Origin: Eledone cirrhosa
Lineage: Eukaryota
Length of the DNA stretch: 64,000 nt
Reading direction: 5' to 3'
Assembly: GCA_964016885.1 (NCBI GenBank)
Contig: OZ024742.1
Coordinates: 205,220,001 to 205,284,000, forward strand
Translations under genes and position numbers: made by a program
Part shown: positions 13,065 to 24,276 of the stretch, one piece after another
Numbering within the stretch: position 1 is the first letter of the stretch
Layout of the letters: each line of letters opens with the position of its first letter
Notes under the pieces: generated by a model
Told to the model about the DNA's origin: nothing
The model's input: the letters and a program-made list of their open reading frames with translations, nothing else
Database searches by the model: none

Positions 13065-13070
<6 letters not shown>
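12093..13070 (+). mobile_element. ORF-less PLE/retrozyme-like element: 226-bp palindrome plus direct repeat with a 590-nt period
   Basis: Perfect palindrome 12093-12318; 12206-12482 repeated at 12796-13072; flanked by (TA)n on both sides; contains an HHR. Confidence 0.8.
12747..12833 (+). ncRNA. Type I hammerhead ribozyme, U3-A8 core variant
   Basis: TCCTC-TTGATAA-G.TGGCA...TGCCAC-GAAAC-TACGTA-GTC/GAGGA; palindromic stem III ACTACGTAGT. Confidence 0.78.
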
Positions 13071-13100
<30 letters not shown>

Positions 13101-13106
<6 letters not shown>

Positions 13107-13837
13107 TGATAATAAGGGCGCTGCGGAGTTGCAAATGGGTTACATATGAAAAAAGTTTGTCCTTCATCAATGATCTTCCAACCATCATAGGCATTTCATC
13201 GCTTTAAAGACCATATACCTCCGGTTGGTGCGAGCAACGGCTAAAAAAAGTCGTTGGGACACGTAAATAAAGGGGACGCGAGGGTAAACAAACAAAATGG
13301 TGAAGCAACAGTAAGTGAGGAAGAAAGAGACAAGTCCCAGATTTTTATGAATTTAAATTCGGTGAAATCGTGAACAAGAGAATAAAGACCATCAAACCTG
13401 GTTGAAATGTGAGCAAGGAAGGAATTTCGCACAGGTCTAACGGGAGGAAGAAGGGGTCTGGTCTGCGAATTCGGTAAACATAAGTTCTGTGAAATCGTAG
13501 ACGAGAGAGAGAAAAAATTCATACCAGCTTGGCCAGCGTGCGGGAGAAAAGAATTACACACAGGTCAAACGTGAAGAAAGAGGAGGAGGAGAGGTAGTGA
13601 CAGAGAATGAGTGAGTGAAGGGTGAGGAAGAGGCTAACAGAGAGAGAGACTGCTAGAAAGGGTAAAGATACATAGAACGAAACAGACGGGTAGCAGCAGA
13701 GGAAAAAATATGTGTAAATATGATAATAAGGGCGCTGCGGAGTTGCAAATGGGTTACATATGAAAAAAGTTTGTCCTTCACCAGTGATCTTCCAACCATC
13801 ATAGGCATTTCATCGCTTTAAAGACCATATACCTCCG
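13101..13837 (-). mobile_element. ORF-less element with 123-bp terminal direct repeats (614-nt period), probably PLE-derived
   Basis: 13101-13223 repeated at 13715-13837; abuts (TA)n; CTGATGA-like remnant on the minus strand. Confidence 0.6.
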
Positions 13838-14128
13838 CAAAAGTTTTATTTAAAATTGTTGGGTTACAACAAGTAAATATTTTATAACTGATATAAAGCA
13901 CTCGACAAGTTTTTGGAGTAGATATACCTCCTCCTTTTTTCTCTCTCCCCTCTCTCTCTCTCTGTTTTTCTTTACCTCCGTTTCTTCTTTTTCTCCGTCT
14001 TTTTTCTAACTGTGCTTAACACTATAACTAAATAATTATAAACACATCACTACCAAGGCAGCCTCCTAATTTAATGGTCGCTTATATTATGGTACGTCAA
14101 AATTATTTATAAAACTGTTTATATATTG

Positions 14129-14194
14129 TATTTTATCTGACGAAGGCATGCCATATTTTTAATATGGTATCCCTGAAATATGTATAATGAAATA
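14129..14194 (+). ncRNA. Type I hammerhead ribozyme (family P2)
   Basis: TATTTTAT-CTGACGA-long stem II-GAAA-TATGT-ATA/ATGAAATA; 8-bp stem I. Confidence 0.85.
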
Positions 14195-14234
14195 AATATG
14201 GTTTTATAATTATAGTTTCCATTTGTTTAATATC

Positions 14235-14280
<46 letters not shown>

Positions 14281-14317
14281 TGTGTAACGTTTTTCAAAAT
14301 ATTTACTTCTGCGTTCA

Positions 14318-14391
14318 CAGATTGATTTTTTTTGTTTCAGAAGATCCCGTTAAGAGTGAAAGCAGCGATTCTTCGCTTAAACTTTAATCTG
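14318..14391 (+). ncRNA. Hammerhead-like motif, CAGAAGA core (family P1)
   Basis: Second copy of 11976-12050; an inverted partial copy lies at about 14410-14480. Confidence 0.55.
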
Positions 14392-14532
14392 TTTTATATA
14401 TATATATATAACGGGATCTTCTGAAACAAAAAAAATCAATCTGTGAACGCAGAAGTAAATATTTTGAAAAACGTTACACACTATATATATACACACACAC
14501 ATATAGTGTTATAATGTCGTAGTTCAGACAGC

Positions 14533-14829
14533 AAGTCGCCTTGGCAAATAATATAATTTTCCATTAAGATTTTTCAAAAGCATGTAATTGCGTTGCCTCT
14601 CTTTTTTGTAATACGTTTGTTTATATTTTGTTATTGTGCGTATGCAAAAAATCTGTATACGAATATATATATATATAATTATATATTCGTGTACAGATAT
14701 TTTTGCACACACAATAACAAACGTATTTATTTCACGACAGCAGCAAAAACAACAACAAAAAAAAGAGAGGGAACGCAATTACATGCTGTTGAAAAATCTT
14801 AATGGAAAATCATTTGCCAAGGCGACTTC
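14533..14829. repeat. Inverted repeat with arms of about 75 bp (MITE-like or template switch)
   Basis: AAGTCGCCTTGGCAAAT...CTCTCTTTTTT versus AAAAAAGAGAG...ATTTGCCAAGGCGACTT. Confidence 0.75.
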
Positions 14830-15279
14830 ACTTTTCATTAGGACTTCTGCATCAATTGGTGAACATACGACGAAACTGTTTCAGAAAAGAGGGATAAACA
14901 TGCCAATCTATGTTTAGAATCCCGAGCAACGCCGGGCCATTCTGCTAGTAAAATACTACAATTAGCCGTCAAAAATGACGGCTAAGGGACCAGCTAATGG
15001 ATAAATAATCGCGCAACGAAAGCGTTATATACATCTATTATATATAATTAATGTATGTCTTCGTATACACTTCTATTTATATAATATCTATATATATACA
15101 TACATGTGAGTGTGTATGCAAGCGCTTACGTTTATTGTTTATGTTACGTAACGTAGTGGTTCGACAAAAAGAGATCGATAAAATCAGTTCTAAACTTGAA
15201 AAGAAAAGTACTGGCATCGATACGATTAACGGAATCTCATGCAGTACTTCAGCATAGCCACAGTCGAATTACTAAATTC

Positions 15280-15830
15280 AGTAAAAGAAGACTACGTAGA
15301 AGCGGGACGCTAAAAGTAAAGATAAACTTCTAACAACATCAATTTGAGTCGAGAGATGGAGGGAGGCAGAGCAGAAGGGATAACAGGATGAAATGAGAAG
15401 AGAGAAAGGACGTTTGAAAAGAGGAGGGGGGAAGTGAGAGCGACAGAAAAAGTAAAGATTGGAGGGAGAATGGCGAAAGAGAGAGGATATTGAAGGTGAG
15501 AGAGACGAAGAGGTAGAAAGACAAGGAAGGAGCATGGCGGCAGAGAGAGTGTGTGTTTGTGTGTATAAAAGGTAAAGAAGAGAAAAATGGTGAGAGAATA
15601 GAGAGAGAGCTGAGATTGAAGGTGAAAAAGAAGAGACGAAAGGGGATGACGACATAGAAAGAGTGTGTAGAAGGTGAAGAAGAGAGAAAGAGGATGACGG
15701 AAGAGAGAGAGAGAGAAGATTGAAGGTGAAGAAGAGAGAGAAAGAGAGTGTACAGAAGAAGGTGAAGGATAGACAGAGTGAGAAAGAGAGAGAGAGTAAA
15801 AGAAGGTGAAGAGAAGACTAGAAAGTCTGG
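15280..15830. repeat. Polypurine (GA-rich) low-complexity tract
   Basis: Mostly G/A on the plus strand with recurring GAAGGTGAAGAAGAGAG. Confidence 0.75.
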
Positions 15831-16132
15831 GATGCTCTACCATAAAAAACTATGGTAGATCCACCCTTATGTACGAAGACAGTCGAGTACCTGTTTCTTG
15901 ATTATTCAACAGATGTATATTAGTATATGTAACACTATATACACCAGCGTACGATGTGTATATCATGAAGGTAAATGTATATACATAATTACTTTTTTTA
16001 TATTACTCACACACATCATCATCGTCTTGTATACATGCATACATACGTATATATGTACACAAACAGATATGTTTATATATGCATATATACGCAGTTTCTG
16101 TATGTATGCATATAAACGAAGATTATCTCTCT

Positions 16133-16176
<44 letters not shown>

Positions 16177-16619
16177 CTGTGTTCTTCTATATTGACTATA
16201 TATAGAATCGTAAACCACTTGTCTACATACATTTACACACACACATATACTTATATACACACACCCTTAATTTATGTGAGTGTCTATAAATATATATAAT
16301 CACTTTTCATTTAATTATTTATATCTATATATATATACGAACTTATACACACACACACACACATATATACACAAGCACTTAATTTATGTAAATATGTGTG
16401 TGTGTCTATAAATGTATACACTTACTTTCCGTTATGAGCTAATTATACGCTTTCGTTCATATATATATATACACTGACATACATATATATAAATATTCAT
16501 ATATTACCATACATTTCTCACTTTCAGTTGTCTCGTATATATATATATAGTGTAATATGCACGATGTATTTATTTATATATATATATATTATATATATAT
16601 ACATCGTGCATATTATAAA

Positions 16620-16667
<48 letters not shown>

Positions 16668-16820
16668 CGAAGAAAATGTGGTAAGGAACCAGATGGACCA
16701 TAACGCACCAAAGAACTCAATACTTAGGGTAGTAGAGTGGGTAATAGGAACGAGTAGGACGGCTAATTCAGAATTAGCCGTCGAAACGGCTTGAGCTCAG
16801 CCGTGGGCGTCCTACTCGTT

Positions 16821-16864
<44 letters not shown>

Positions 16865-16895
16865 CAAATGGAAACTATATTTATAAAACCATATT

Positions 16896-16960
16896 TATTT
16901 CATTATACATATTTCAAGGACACCAAGTTAAATTATGGTGTGCTTTCATCAGATAAAATA
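16896..16960 (-). ncRNA. Type I hammerhead ribozyme (family P2, inverted copy)
   Basis: Reverse complement of 17109-17173. Confidence 0.82.
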
Positions 16961-17108
16961 TAATATAGAGCAGTTTTATAAATAAATATTGACATACCCT
17001 TAAATAATGCGATCATTTCTGTTGGAAGCTCCCGGATAGTGGGGTTATAGAAATGGTCTCATTCTTTAAGGGTATGTCAATATTTATTTATAAAACTGCT
17101 CTATATTA

Positions 17109-17173
17109 TATTTTATCTGATGAAAGCACACCATAATTTAACTTGGTGTCCTTGAAATATGTATAATGAAATA
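17109..17173 (+). ncRNA. Type I hammerhead ribozyme (family P2)
   Basis: TATTTTAT-CTGATGA-AAGcACACCA...TGGTGTcCTT-GAAA-TATGT-ATA/ATGAAATA. Confidence 0.85.
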
Positions 17174-17287
17174 AATATAGTTTCCATTTGTTAATATATC
17201 GTATTTTTACTCCAATAATTTGTTGAGTGCTTTATATTTGCTTGTTGTATCCCAACAATTTAAATAGAATTTCTACATATATATATA

Positions 17288-17340
<53 letters not shown>

Positions 17341-17469
17341 GTGCATATTATAAACACTATATATATTTATACATCGTGCATATTATAAACACTATATATA
17401 TATATATAATATATATATATTATATATTATATATATTATATATATATACATCGTGCATATTATAAACAC

Positions 17470-17500
<31 letters not shown>

Positions 17501-17505
17501 ATAAA

Positions 17506-17562
<57 letters not shown>

Positions 17563-17988
17563 TTATAATATGCATGATATATACATTAACTTATATATTT
17601 GTGTGTATACATACATGTTGTTTAACCCCAGTCCTGCTCTCAAGCAGACCCCTGAAAGTCGTTCCAGCTATGAATATTGTGACTTTATATGACGTCGAAA
17701 TCCACCATGACCCAAATTATTCAATGTGCCATTCTGATGCAGTACAGTGTAATTGAATAATGTTTTACTGTTGCTTCTAGTTAAACGAGTGACCACGTTG
17801 AGGCCACCTCATTCTATGTGTTGACGCAGACATTGGGTCAAAGATGTTCCAACCATGTCCATCCCAGCTTTTATTTAGATACAGTGTGTCTAGGACTACA
17901 CTATCTAATGTACAGTAGTAGTTAGTAATAATGCCTATCAAAGTGTATCTAGGACAAGATTATCTAATGTACAGTATAATAGCAACTA

Positions 17989-19159
17989 CTAGCAGATTTA
18001 CCCGGCGTTGATCGGGGTTTGAAATTATGCTAAGAATATATAGCTAGGAAGTAAAAGAAGAACATTATTTGTCCCAAACCTGTCAAAATAAGCAGAAGTC
18101 TTCAATAATTAATGCAAATGAATATTTAGTGCAATCTTTGTACACATAAAAATATGCTGATAATGAAGGAAAACACTGAACAGGATTTAGTTATACAAAT
18201 GTTTAAAGACAATACACGTTGCAAATCTGTAAAAAAAACAGGCAGTTTTGCTAAAGTACAAAAAGTTATAATGTATACAAACAAAAAAACAATGAGAGTA
18301 GAATAAGAGAAAATCTATTCTTTGAGAGCAACCTTTGCCGTGTATGGTTAAATTTTTAACTTATAATCCAAAATATCCTGCATGACATATTCATTGGTAT
18401 GTTTTGTAATGAGTAAGGTGAAGTCAAGGCAGAGCTGTAATAAGTTTTTTTGTTAACACTAAAGCACTTCAGGATAGACGATATTCTTTGTTTTTCTTTT
18501 CGGAACAAATGCAAAGAGATTATCTCGACTGCCAACTTGTGAGCAGGCAACATAGAATTGTCCGTGCGAAAAGCAAGGTTCATCCAAGTGAATTCCAGCG
18601 ACGGACAGAGTTTGACCTTGTGACTTGTTTATGGACATCGCAAAGGCAACACGAAGGGGAAATTGGGTTTGGCGAAAGGAGAAGGGAGTATCCACGCCTG
18701 ATGTAGTCAGGCTAATTTTTGTTATTATCACATCCTCACCTTTTCCACATCCGGATAGAATGGTAGCGTCAATACTAAGTGGAGACAGTTTTTTAACCAC
18801 AAGGCGTGTACCATTGTATAGTTTTGGAGGAGTGATATTTCTCAGCAAAATAACTGGTGTTCCCTCCCAATGTATTAGGAAGTAAACCAATTTCTGAAAA
18901 GTTGGCATACTCCCTTTTTTATAAGGATTGTCAATAAAGTTTATCTCCCTTACATCAATTTTTCTACCGATAATTTTGATATCGATTTTTTATTGGTCAA
19001 CGTGGGTCGATTTGAAAAATGTTTCTGATGTGACAATCTTAGCGACTTGTGCAACGTGCACAGGAAATCTGGTCAAATTCAGTTGGTAATTGTGAAAGCC
19101 TTATGCATGCAAAGTTGTACACAGACACACACACATCCTCGCTTTTATATATATAAAGA
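17989..19159 (-). mobile_element. Non-autonomous Helitron with both termini and a Pif1 helicase C-terminal remnant
   Basis: Minus strand A|TC start; 3' hairpin CCCGATCAACGCCGGG then CTAG|T; ORF 18459-18908 has QFPLRVAFAMSINKSQGQTL and FSHGQFYVACS. Confidence 0.92.
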
Positions 19160-19207
19160 TTAGTGGCTATCAGTGTACCTTGGTGTACATTATCTAATGT
19201 ACAGTAG

Positions 19208-19394
19208 GGCGGTGGAGTGGCAGTATCGATAGAGGGTCGGACGCCATGCTTTGCAGCAAAGAGTTACGGCCCTTTATGGTCTGAGTTCAAATCCTGCCGA
19301 GGTTAACTTTGCCTTTCATCCTTACGGGGTCGATAAAATAAAGTACCAGTAATGTACTGGGTAATTGCTGGCCTTGTGCCAAAAAGTAGAAACA
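19208..19394 (+). mobile_element. Full-length tRNA-derived SINE; other copies or fragments near 6809-6920(-), 30427-30596, 30849-30955, 36860-37020, 41300-41535, 46407-46552 and 63370-63510
   Basis: Box A-like TGGCAGTATCG and box B GAGTTCAAATCC; 19-bp TSD ATTATCTAATGTACAGTAG at 19189-19207 and 19395-19413. Confidence 0.9.
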
Positions 19395-20129
19395 ATTATC
19401 TAATGTACAGTAGCAATTGTTAGTGGCTATCAGATATAGTATATCTTGGAGTATATTATCTAATGTGTAGCATAGTAGTTAGTATTGATAGCTATAATTC
19501 CTATTTAGCCCCTGGTCAGTCCTAATTAAGCAGACCTATGATCTAAGATGTTCCACTTGTGACCATCCCAACTTTTACTAATATATAGTGTATCTAGGAT
19601 TGCATCTAAAATATTAGTAGTTAGTATTGGTGGCTATCAGGCATAGTAAATCTAGGACTACATTAGGTAATATAGAGTAGTTACTATTAGTGGCTATAGA
19701 TGTTTTGATCCAGATAAGTCCAGATTCATCAGATCTATGGTCAATTATGTTCCAGCTGCGACCATCACATCTTTTATTTGGGCATAATGCATCTAGGACT
19801 ACATTAGTTATAGTAGCCTTTCTTTACTGAAGATAGTAATGTGTGATATGAAGTAATTTAACTGCTATTTCTAGCACTATCTGAGATACCGTTGCTTAGT
19901 CCAAGGTAGGCTCCTCGTCATGGTTTTAGAAGGCAGTAAATTGGCAGAGTAATTAGAATGTAGGATAGAATGCTTTGCAGTATTTATTCCAGCTCTCTGC
20001 ACTCTGAGTTATTAACCCATTAAGGTTATCTTTGGCTTTTAGCATTTTGTGGTTGATAAAAAAGTATTAGCCAAGTACTGGAGTCAATTGTTCTTCGATA
20101 TCTCATTCTCCCTTGTCATCTATCACTCT

Positions 20130-20997
20130 TTCTCTGGAAGAAATCAGCATGTGTCCAGAGCTCAGCCCAGGTCTTCCTTTGTCTATCTCTACTATGATCA
20201 CCATCCATGCACATCACATGCATGTACCAACACAGTCTTCGGATTCCTCTTAAACCCAGTTTCTCCCTCAGTTTCTTGAAGCTCTGCCTTTCTCTCATAT
20301 TTACATTGCACATCCTATGTAGCTTGATTTCTCTCCAGCCTACGCATGTCCTCTACAGTCACTGCTTATGTTTTATTACCATGCAGCATCACACTTCGCA
20401 CACAGTTATACATCTGTCTTTTTGTATGTAGCGAGGAACCTTTCATTGTCAACAGTGGGAGTAGCTCTCTAAACTTCATCCATCCTATCCTTATTCTAGC
20501 TATTATGCTCTCAGAGCACCCTCATCCACTGCTAATTAGGTCATCTAGATAGCAGAAGCTATCAACTGCTTATATGGATCCTTGTGACTGGAAAAGTTTT
20601 ATATCACTAGTGCTCTTCTCCTCAATTACCCCTGTGCATCTTCTACATACAAGGTCTTCCCTCCCTGTTAGTCCACCTGTTATCCCTCTCTTGTGTACTC
20701 AAGATTTACATTGTGGACATTGTATAGAGTTTATGCCTACTCCTTTTCTATATATTGAGCGGGGCTACTTCCCTGAAGGAATCAGGGCCCTATCTTCTTT
20801 CTTACTTATTAGCACTTTAGTTTTAGTTTACTCTCAGCCCTTTTGAGTCCAAATTCTGTTTCCATAGACTGAACTTATTCTCTGGTTCTTTTATGGATTC
20901 AGCTATAAGGACCAGATCATCTGCATAGAGAAGTTCCCATGGACAGCCAGTCTTAAACTCCTCTGTTATGGCCTGGAGAACTATGATGAACAGCAGG
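20130..20997 (-). mobile_element. RTE-clade LINE fragment
   Basis: EEFKTGCPWELLYADDLVL and LREKLGLRGIRR; homologous to 51500-52400. Confidence 0.88.
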
Positions 20998-21609
20998 AAA
21001 TTACAGATAAACAATATAATTATATAAATTAATACATATGACAGGCACAAAAGCAATCCGAATATATAAAAATGCTACTTATATTACTTATACTTATATT
21101 ATTTATTATACAGCTGTTTCAAATCTCAAAGAAAAATCCACGAATTAACATGGTTAAAATAAACAAGGTATATATATATATATATATATATATAAGTGCA
21201 CCCAGTACACTCTATCAAGTGGTAATTCTGGTGCCATGAGTTGGCTAGCTTAACACCACCAGCTGACCTTTAGGTATCTTTAGTGGAGTCCTCTCGGTTG
21301 TAAAAATAAATGCCATTTCTTTAGTTTAAAGATCTTTTCTTCCCTATCTCCCACCACTCTCTCTCTCTCTCTCTCGTTTAACTCTTACATTACTATAACT
21401 CTAATGAATTACACTCATTTTCAATTGATTAATGAAGAATTTTTATTGATTTACTAAAACTATTAATTATTTCATTATTAAGATGGTAAGATGGTATTTG
21501 TAATGTTTAGTTCTCATATAAACATATGGTTCTTGGAAGATTTTAATAGAAATAGGAATCTTTTAAAATGTGTGGTTTTATTTCTTAGAACCCAAGTTCA
21601 AAACTAAAC

Positions 21610-21646
<37 letters not shown>

Positions 21647-21649
<3 letters not shown>

Positions 21650-21848
21650 TGTAATAAACAACATAAGACAATTATTCCATTTATCAAAGGTTTCACGAAG
21701 ACAGACAAACTCGACACAGACATCTGAAATCGTTCATCAGAATGAAATTTCATTCTGATGAACGATTTCAGACGTCTGTGTCGAGTTTGTCTGTCTTCAT
21801 GAAACCTTTGGTAAATGGAATAATTGTCTTATGTTGTTTATTACATAA
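21647..21848. repeat. 202-bp near-perfect palindrome carrying two divergently oriented hammerheads
   Basis: Centre at 21747/21748; about 3 mismatches between the arms; flanked by (TA)n. Confidence 0.9.
21749..21820 (+). ncRNA. Type I hammerhead ribozyme (mirror copy at 21675-21746 on the minus strand)
   Basis: TTCATT-CTGATGA-ACGA...TCAT-GAAAC-CTTTG-GTA/AATGGA. Confidence 0.78.
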
Positions 21849-21910
21849 CTAAAAAGCTCTGTAGCTTACATAGAGCACTCTTCTTTCCTTTACCTTTCCT
21901 ACGGAAACAC

Positions 21911-21950
<40 letters not shown>

Positions 21951-22189
21951 CACACACACACACACACATATATATATCATCATCATCGTTTAATGTCCAT
22001 CTTCCATGCTAGCATGGGTTAGGTTTTGTTCCATTTGATGTGGGATTGGTCAGGAGGCCGTGTCTCTGGCAGGTTTTCTATGGCTGGATGCCCTTCTTAA
22101 CACCAACCACTTTTACAGTGTGGACTGGGAGCCTTTTTACTGTGCCTCCTACACAACAACTCTACAGTGTGGACTGGGTGCATTTGCTT

Positions 22190-23042
22190 ATACCGCTATT
22201 GGCCACAAAAGGTTTCTCTCTAAAAATGAAGGCAGATTGTATGATGCCTGTATACGAACAGCAATGCTACATGGCAGTGAGACATGGGCATTACGTGCAG
22301 AGGACCTGCGTAGACTGGAAAGGAACGAAGCATGCATGTTCCGTTGGATGTGTAATAGTAATATACGTGAACGGCAAAGCATAAATGAACTAACTGAGAA
22401 ATTAGGAATAAGAGGGATCAGATGCTGTTTACTTGAAAGAAGACTACGTTGGTATGGTCACGTGATGCGCATGAAAGACGACAGCTGCATAAAAAAAGTG
22501 CAGGGCGATCAAAATTGATGGTAGTTATGGAGTAGGTAGACCCAGAAAAACCTGGGATGATCTGATAAATTCTGACCTCATACACTTACATCTATCTCTC
22601 TAAGACAATGTCTCTGGACCGAGATCTTTGGCGCTACGCAGTAATACAGAAGACCCGCCTTGCCTATGTACAAAGTGAAACCTACGGTCAGTAGGCACCT
22701 CTTAACCAAATATACACCCCAATCTACTACCCCTACCCTATCCTCCCACTCCCACCAACAGCACGAGAAAATGAGATCGAGATCGTGTAGGTGTCACGAC
22801 AAAAAAAACACACACAGTCCACGCTGTAATGTGGCCGTGTAGGTAACACTGTAAAAAGTTCCCAGTTCCACACTGTAAATGTGGTTGGTGTTAGGAAGGG
22901 CATCCAGCTGTAGAAAACCTGCCAGATAGTCCTATATGAGCGAGACACGGTCACCCGACCAGCCTTGCCTCAAGTGGGACAACTCCCGTCTAACCCATGC
23001 TAGCGTGGAAAATGGACGTTAAACGAAGATGATGATGATGAT
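22190..23042 (+). mobile_element. 5'-truncated RTE LINE with 3' UTR and (GAT)n tail
   Basis: GRLYDACIRTAMLHGSETW and RRLRWYGHVMRM; closely similar to 52060-52883. Confidence 0.9.
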
Positions 23043-23792
23043 ACGGTATATTGCCAAATATACTATATATACATTCATATATATTAATACCTTGCACTAT
23101 TGACCACATGATCGACCCTCACAACCACCAGATCTGCTCTCCCCATATGCTATCAAAAGTCACCCCTTCCCCACTCTGTCAAATCACACCAGACTTGCCA
23201 TAAATCCATAACTTTCTACTTATCTTGCTTCTCCTCTCACCCCTCTCCCAACCTCCACAAAGCAGACAGGGCTCTTCAGTTAGGATAATGACCAACAACT
23301 TTAGGATAATGCCACAAAAATGCACATGGTACACCCTATAATGTTGTTGGCAACAGGTAGAACATCCTGCTGTAGAAACCATATCTAGAAAGTGTTGAGA
23401 GGACCCTCCTTTTGTATCATGGTGCAACAACATCTCTAGTGTTGGTGAACTACATGATAAATGTACCTAGTACATGTAAAGTGGCAGGTGAAAGGAAAGG
23501 CATCCATGTAGAAAGCTTGCCAAACAAAAGGTTGGTAGGATCCTTCAGTTGTGTCAAAAACATGACAACCTCTCTTGTGATGGTGAATTCAGTAGAATAT
23601 GGGACTGTATGTAAACGAGACTAACTCTATTTGTGAAGACCAGTCCATTCCTTGCTCGCAAGGAAAACGGATGTGAAATGATGATTAATGATGATGAGGA
23701 TATATATATATCATCAAACGAGGGGGTCACTAGAGTAAGTAAGGTACTCAATACATTAGTAGAATGTATACAAGCAGTTTAATATAGAAATG

Positions 23793-23842
23793 GCTTCTAC
23801 AGAACTAGAACTGTTTCATTCAAAGGAAATCATCAGTAAAGC
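23793..23842 (-). ncRNA. Type I hammerhead ribozyme (family P3)
   Basis: Minus strand GCTTTa-CTGATGA-TTTC cttt GAAT-GAAAC-AG..CT-GTA/GAAGC; the family recurs at 28570-28760, 32440-32535 and 60135-60230. Confidence 0.7.
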
Positions 23843-24192
23843 TGACTTGCATTGTAATGCGGTGATATTTGTATGTTTTCTAGTGGTTGGGGAAGGTGGT
23901 AATTTTAAGGATGGGCACATATATCTGAAAATTGAATTAGAAGATTTTGCCATAACTTGGACTAAATAAAATAGTCTAATAATAACAGGACATATAATCC
24001 CTATTATTATCAAACAATTTTTGTCAACGTTACCGCGAAATCTTCTCATTCAATCTTCAAATTCCACTCTGTGCTTTTTAGACACACGTGTGTGTGTATA
24101 TATATGTATATATATATATATAATCAAGGTTTAGCAAATAAGAAAAAGTTTCAAAATAAATTTAAAAAAATTAACTTTACTTACTATGGTTA

Positions 24193-24276
24193 CCTTTACT
24201 GAATCGGTTTCGAGTCTCAAAAATAAACGGACAGTCCATACGGCATCCGTTGCAAAGATAAACTCTCGTCAGAAGG
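24193..24276 (-). ncRNA. Type I hammerhead ribozyme
   Basis: Minus strand CCTT-CTGACGA-GAGTTT...AGACTC-GAAAC-CGATTCA-GTA/AAGG. Confidence 0.78.

Larger units (their letters stand above)
11449..14948 (+). mobile_element. Non-autonomous Helitron carrying a pile of nested PLE-derived inserts
   Basis: 5' part homologous to the TCTATATATAAAA-headed element at 30597; 3' hairpin CCCGAGCAACGCCGGG (14921-14936) followed by CTAG|T at 14945-14949; the 5' boundary is approximate. Confidence 0.7.
16858..17278 (+). mobile_element. Fold-back PLE pseudo-LTR relic in (TA)n (family P2)
   Basis: Inverted arms at about 16858-17003 and 17066-17198, each with an HHR; the tail 17205-17275 is homologous in inverse orientation to 13840-13925. 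Confidence 0.8.

Noticed and set aside
13165-13215. Possible type II hammerhead on the minus strand (GAAA before TTGATGA/CTGGTGA)
   Set aside because: Stem II does not abut GAAA, stem III mismatches, and both copies have damaged cores
14960-15000. Rho-independent terminator-like hairpin TTAGCCGTC-AAAAAT-GACGGCTAA
   Set aside because: Eukaryotic context and no U tract; more likely a second Helitron-type subterminal hairpin, too short to call
21647-21848. Palindromes as assembly artefacts
   Set aside because: Arms here and at 16858, 28162 and 28641 carry independent substitutions; only the perfect palindrome at 12093-12318 still needs read validation
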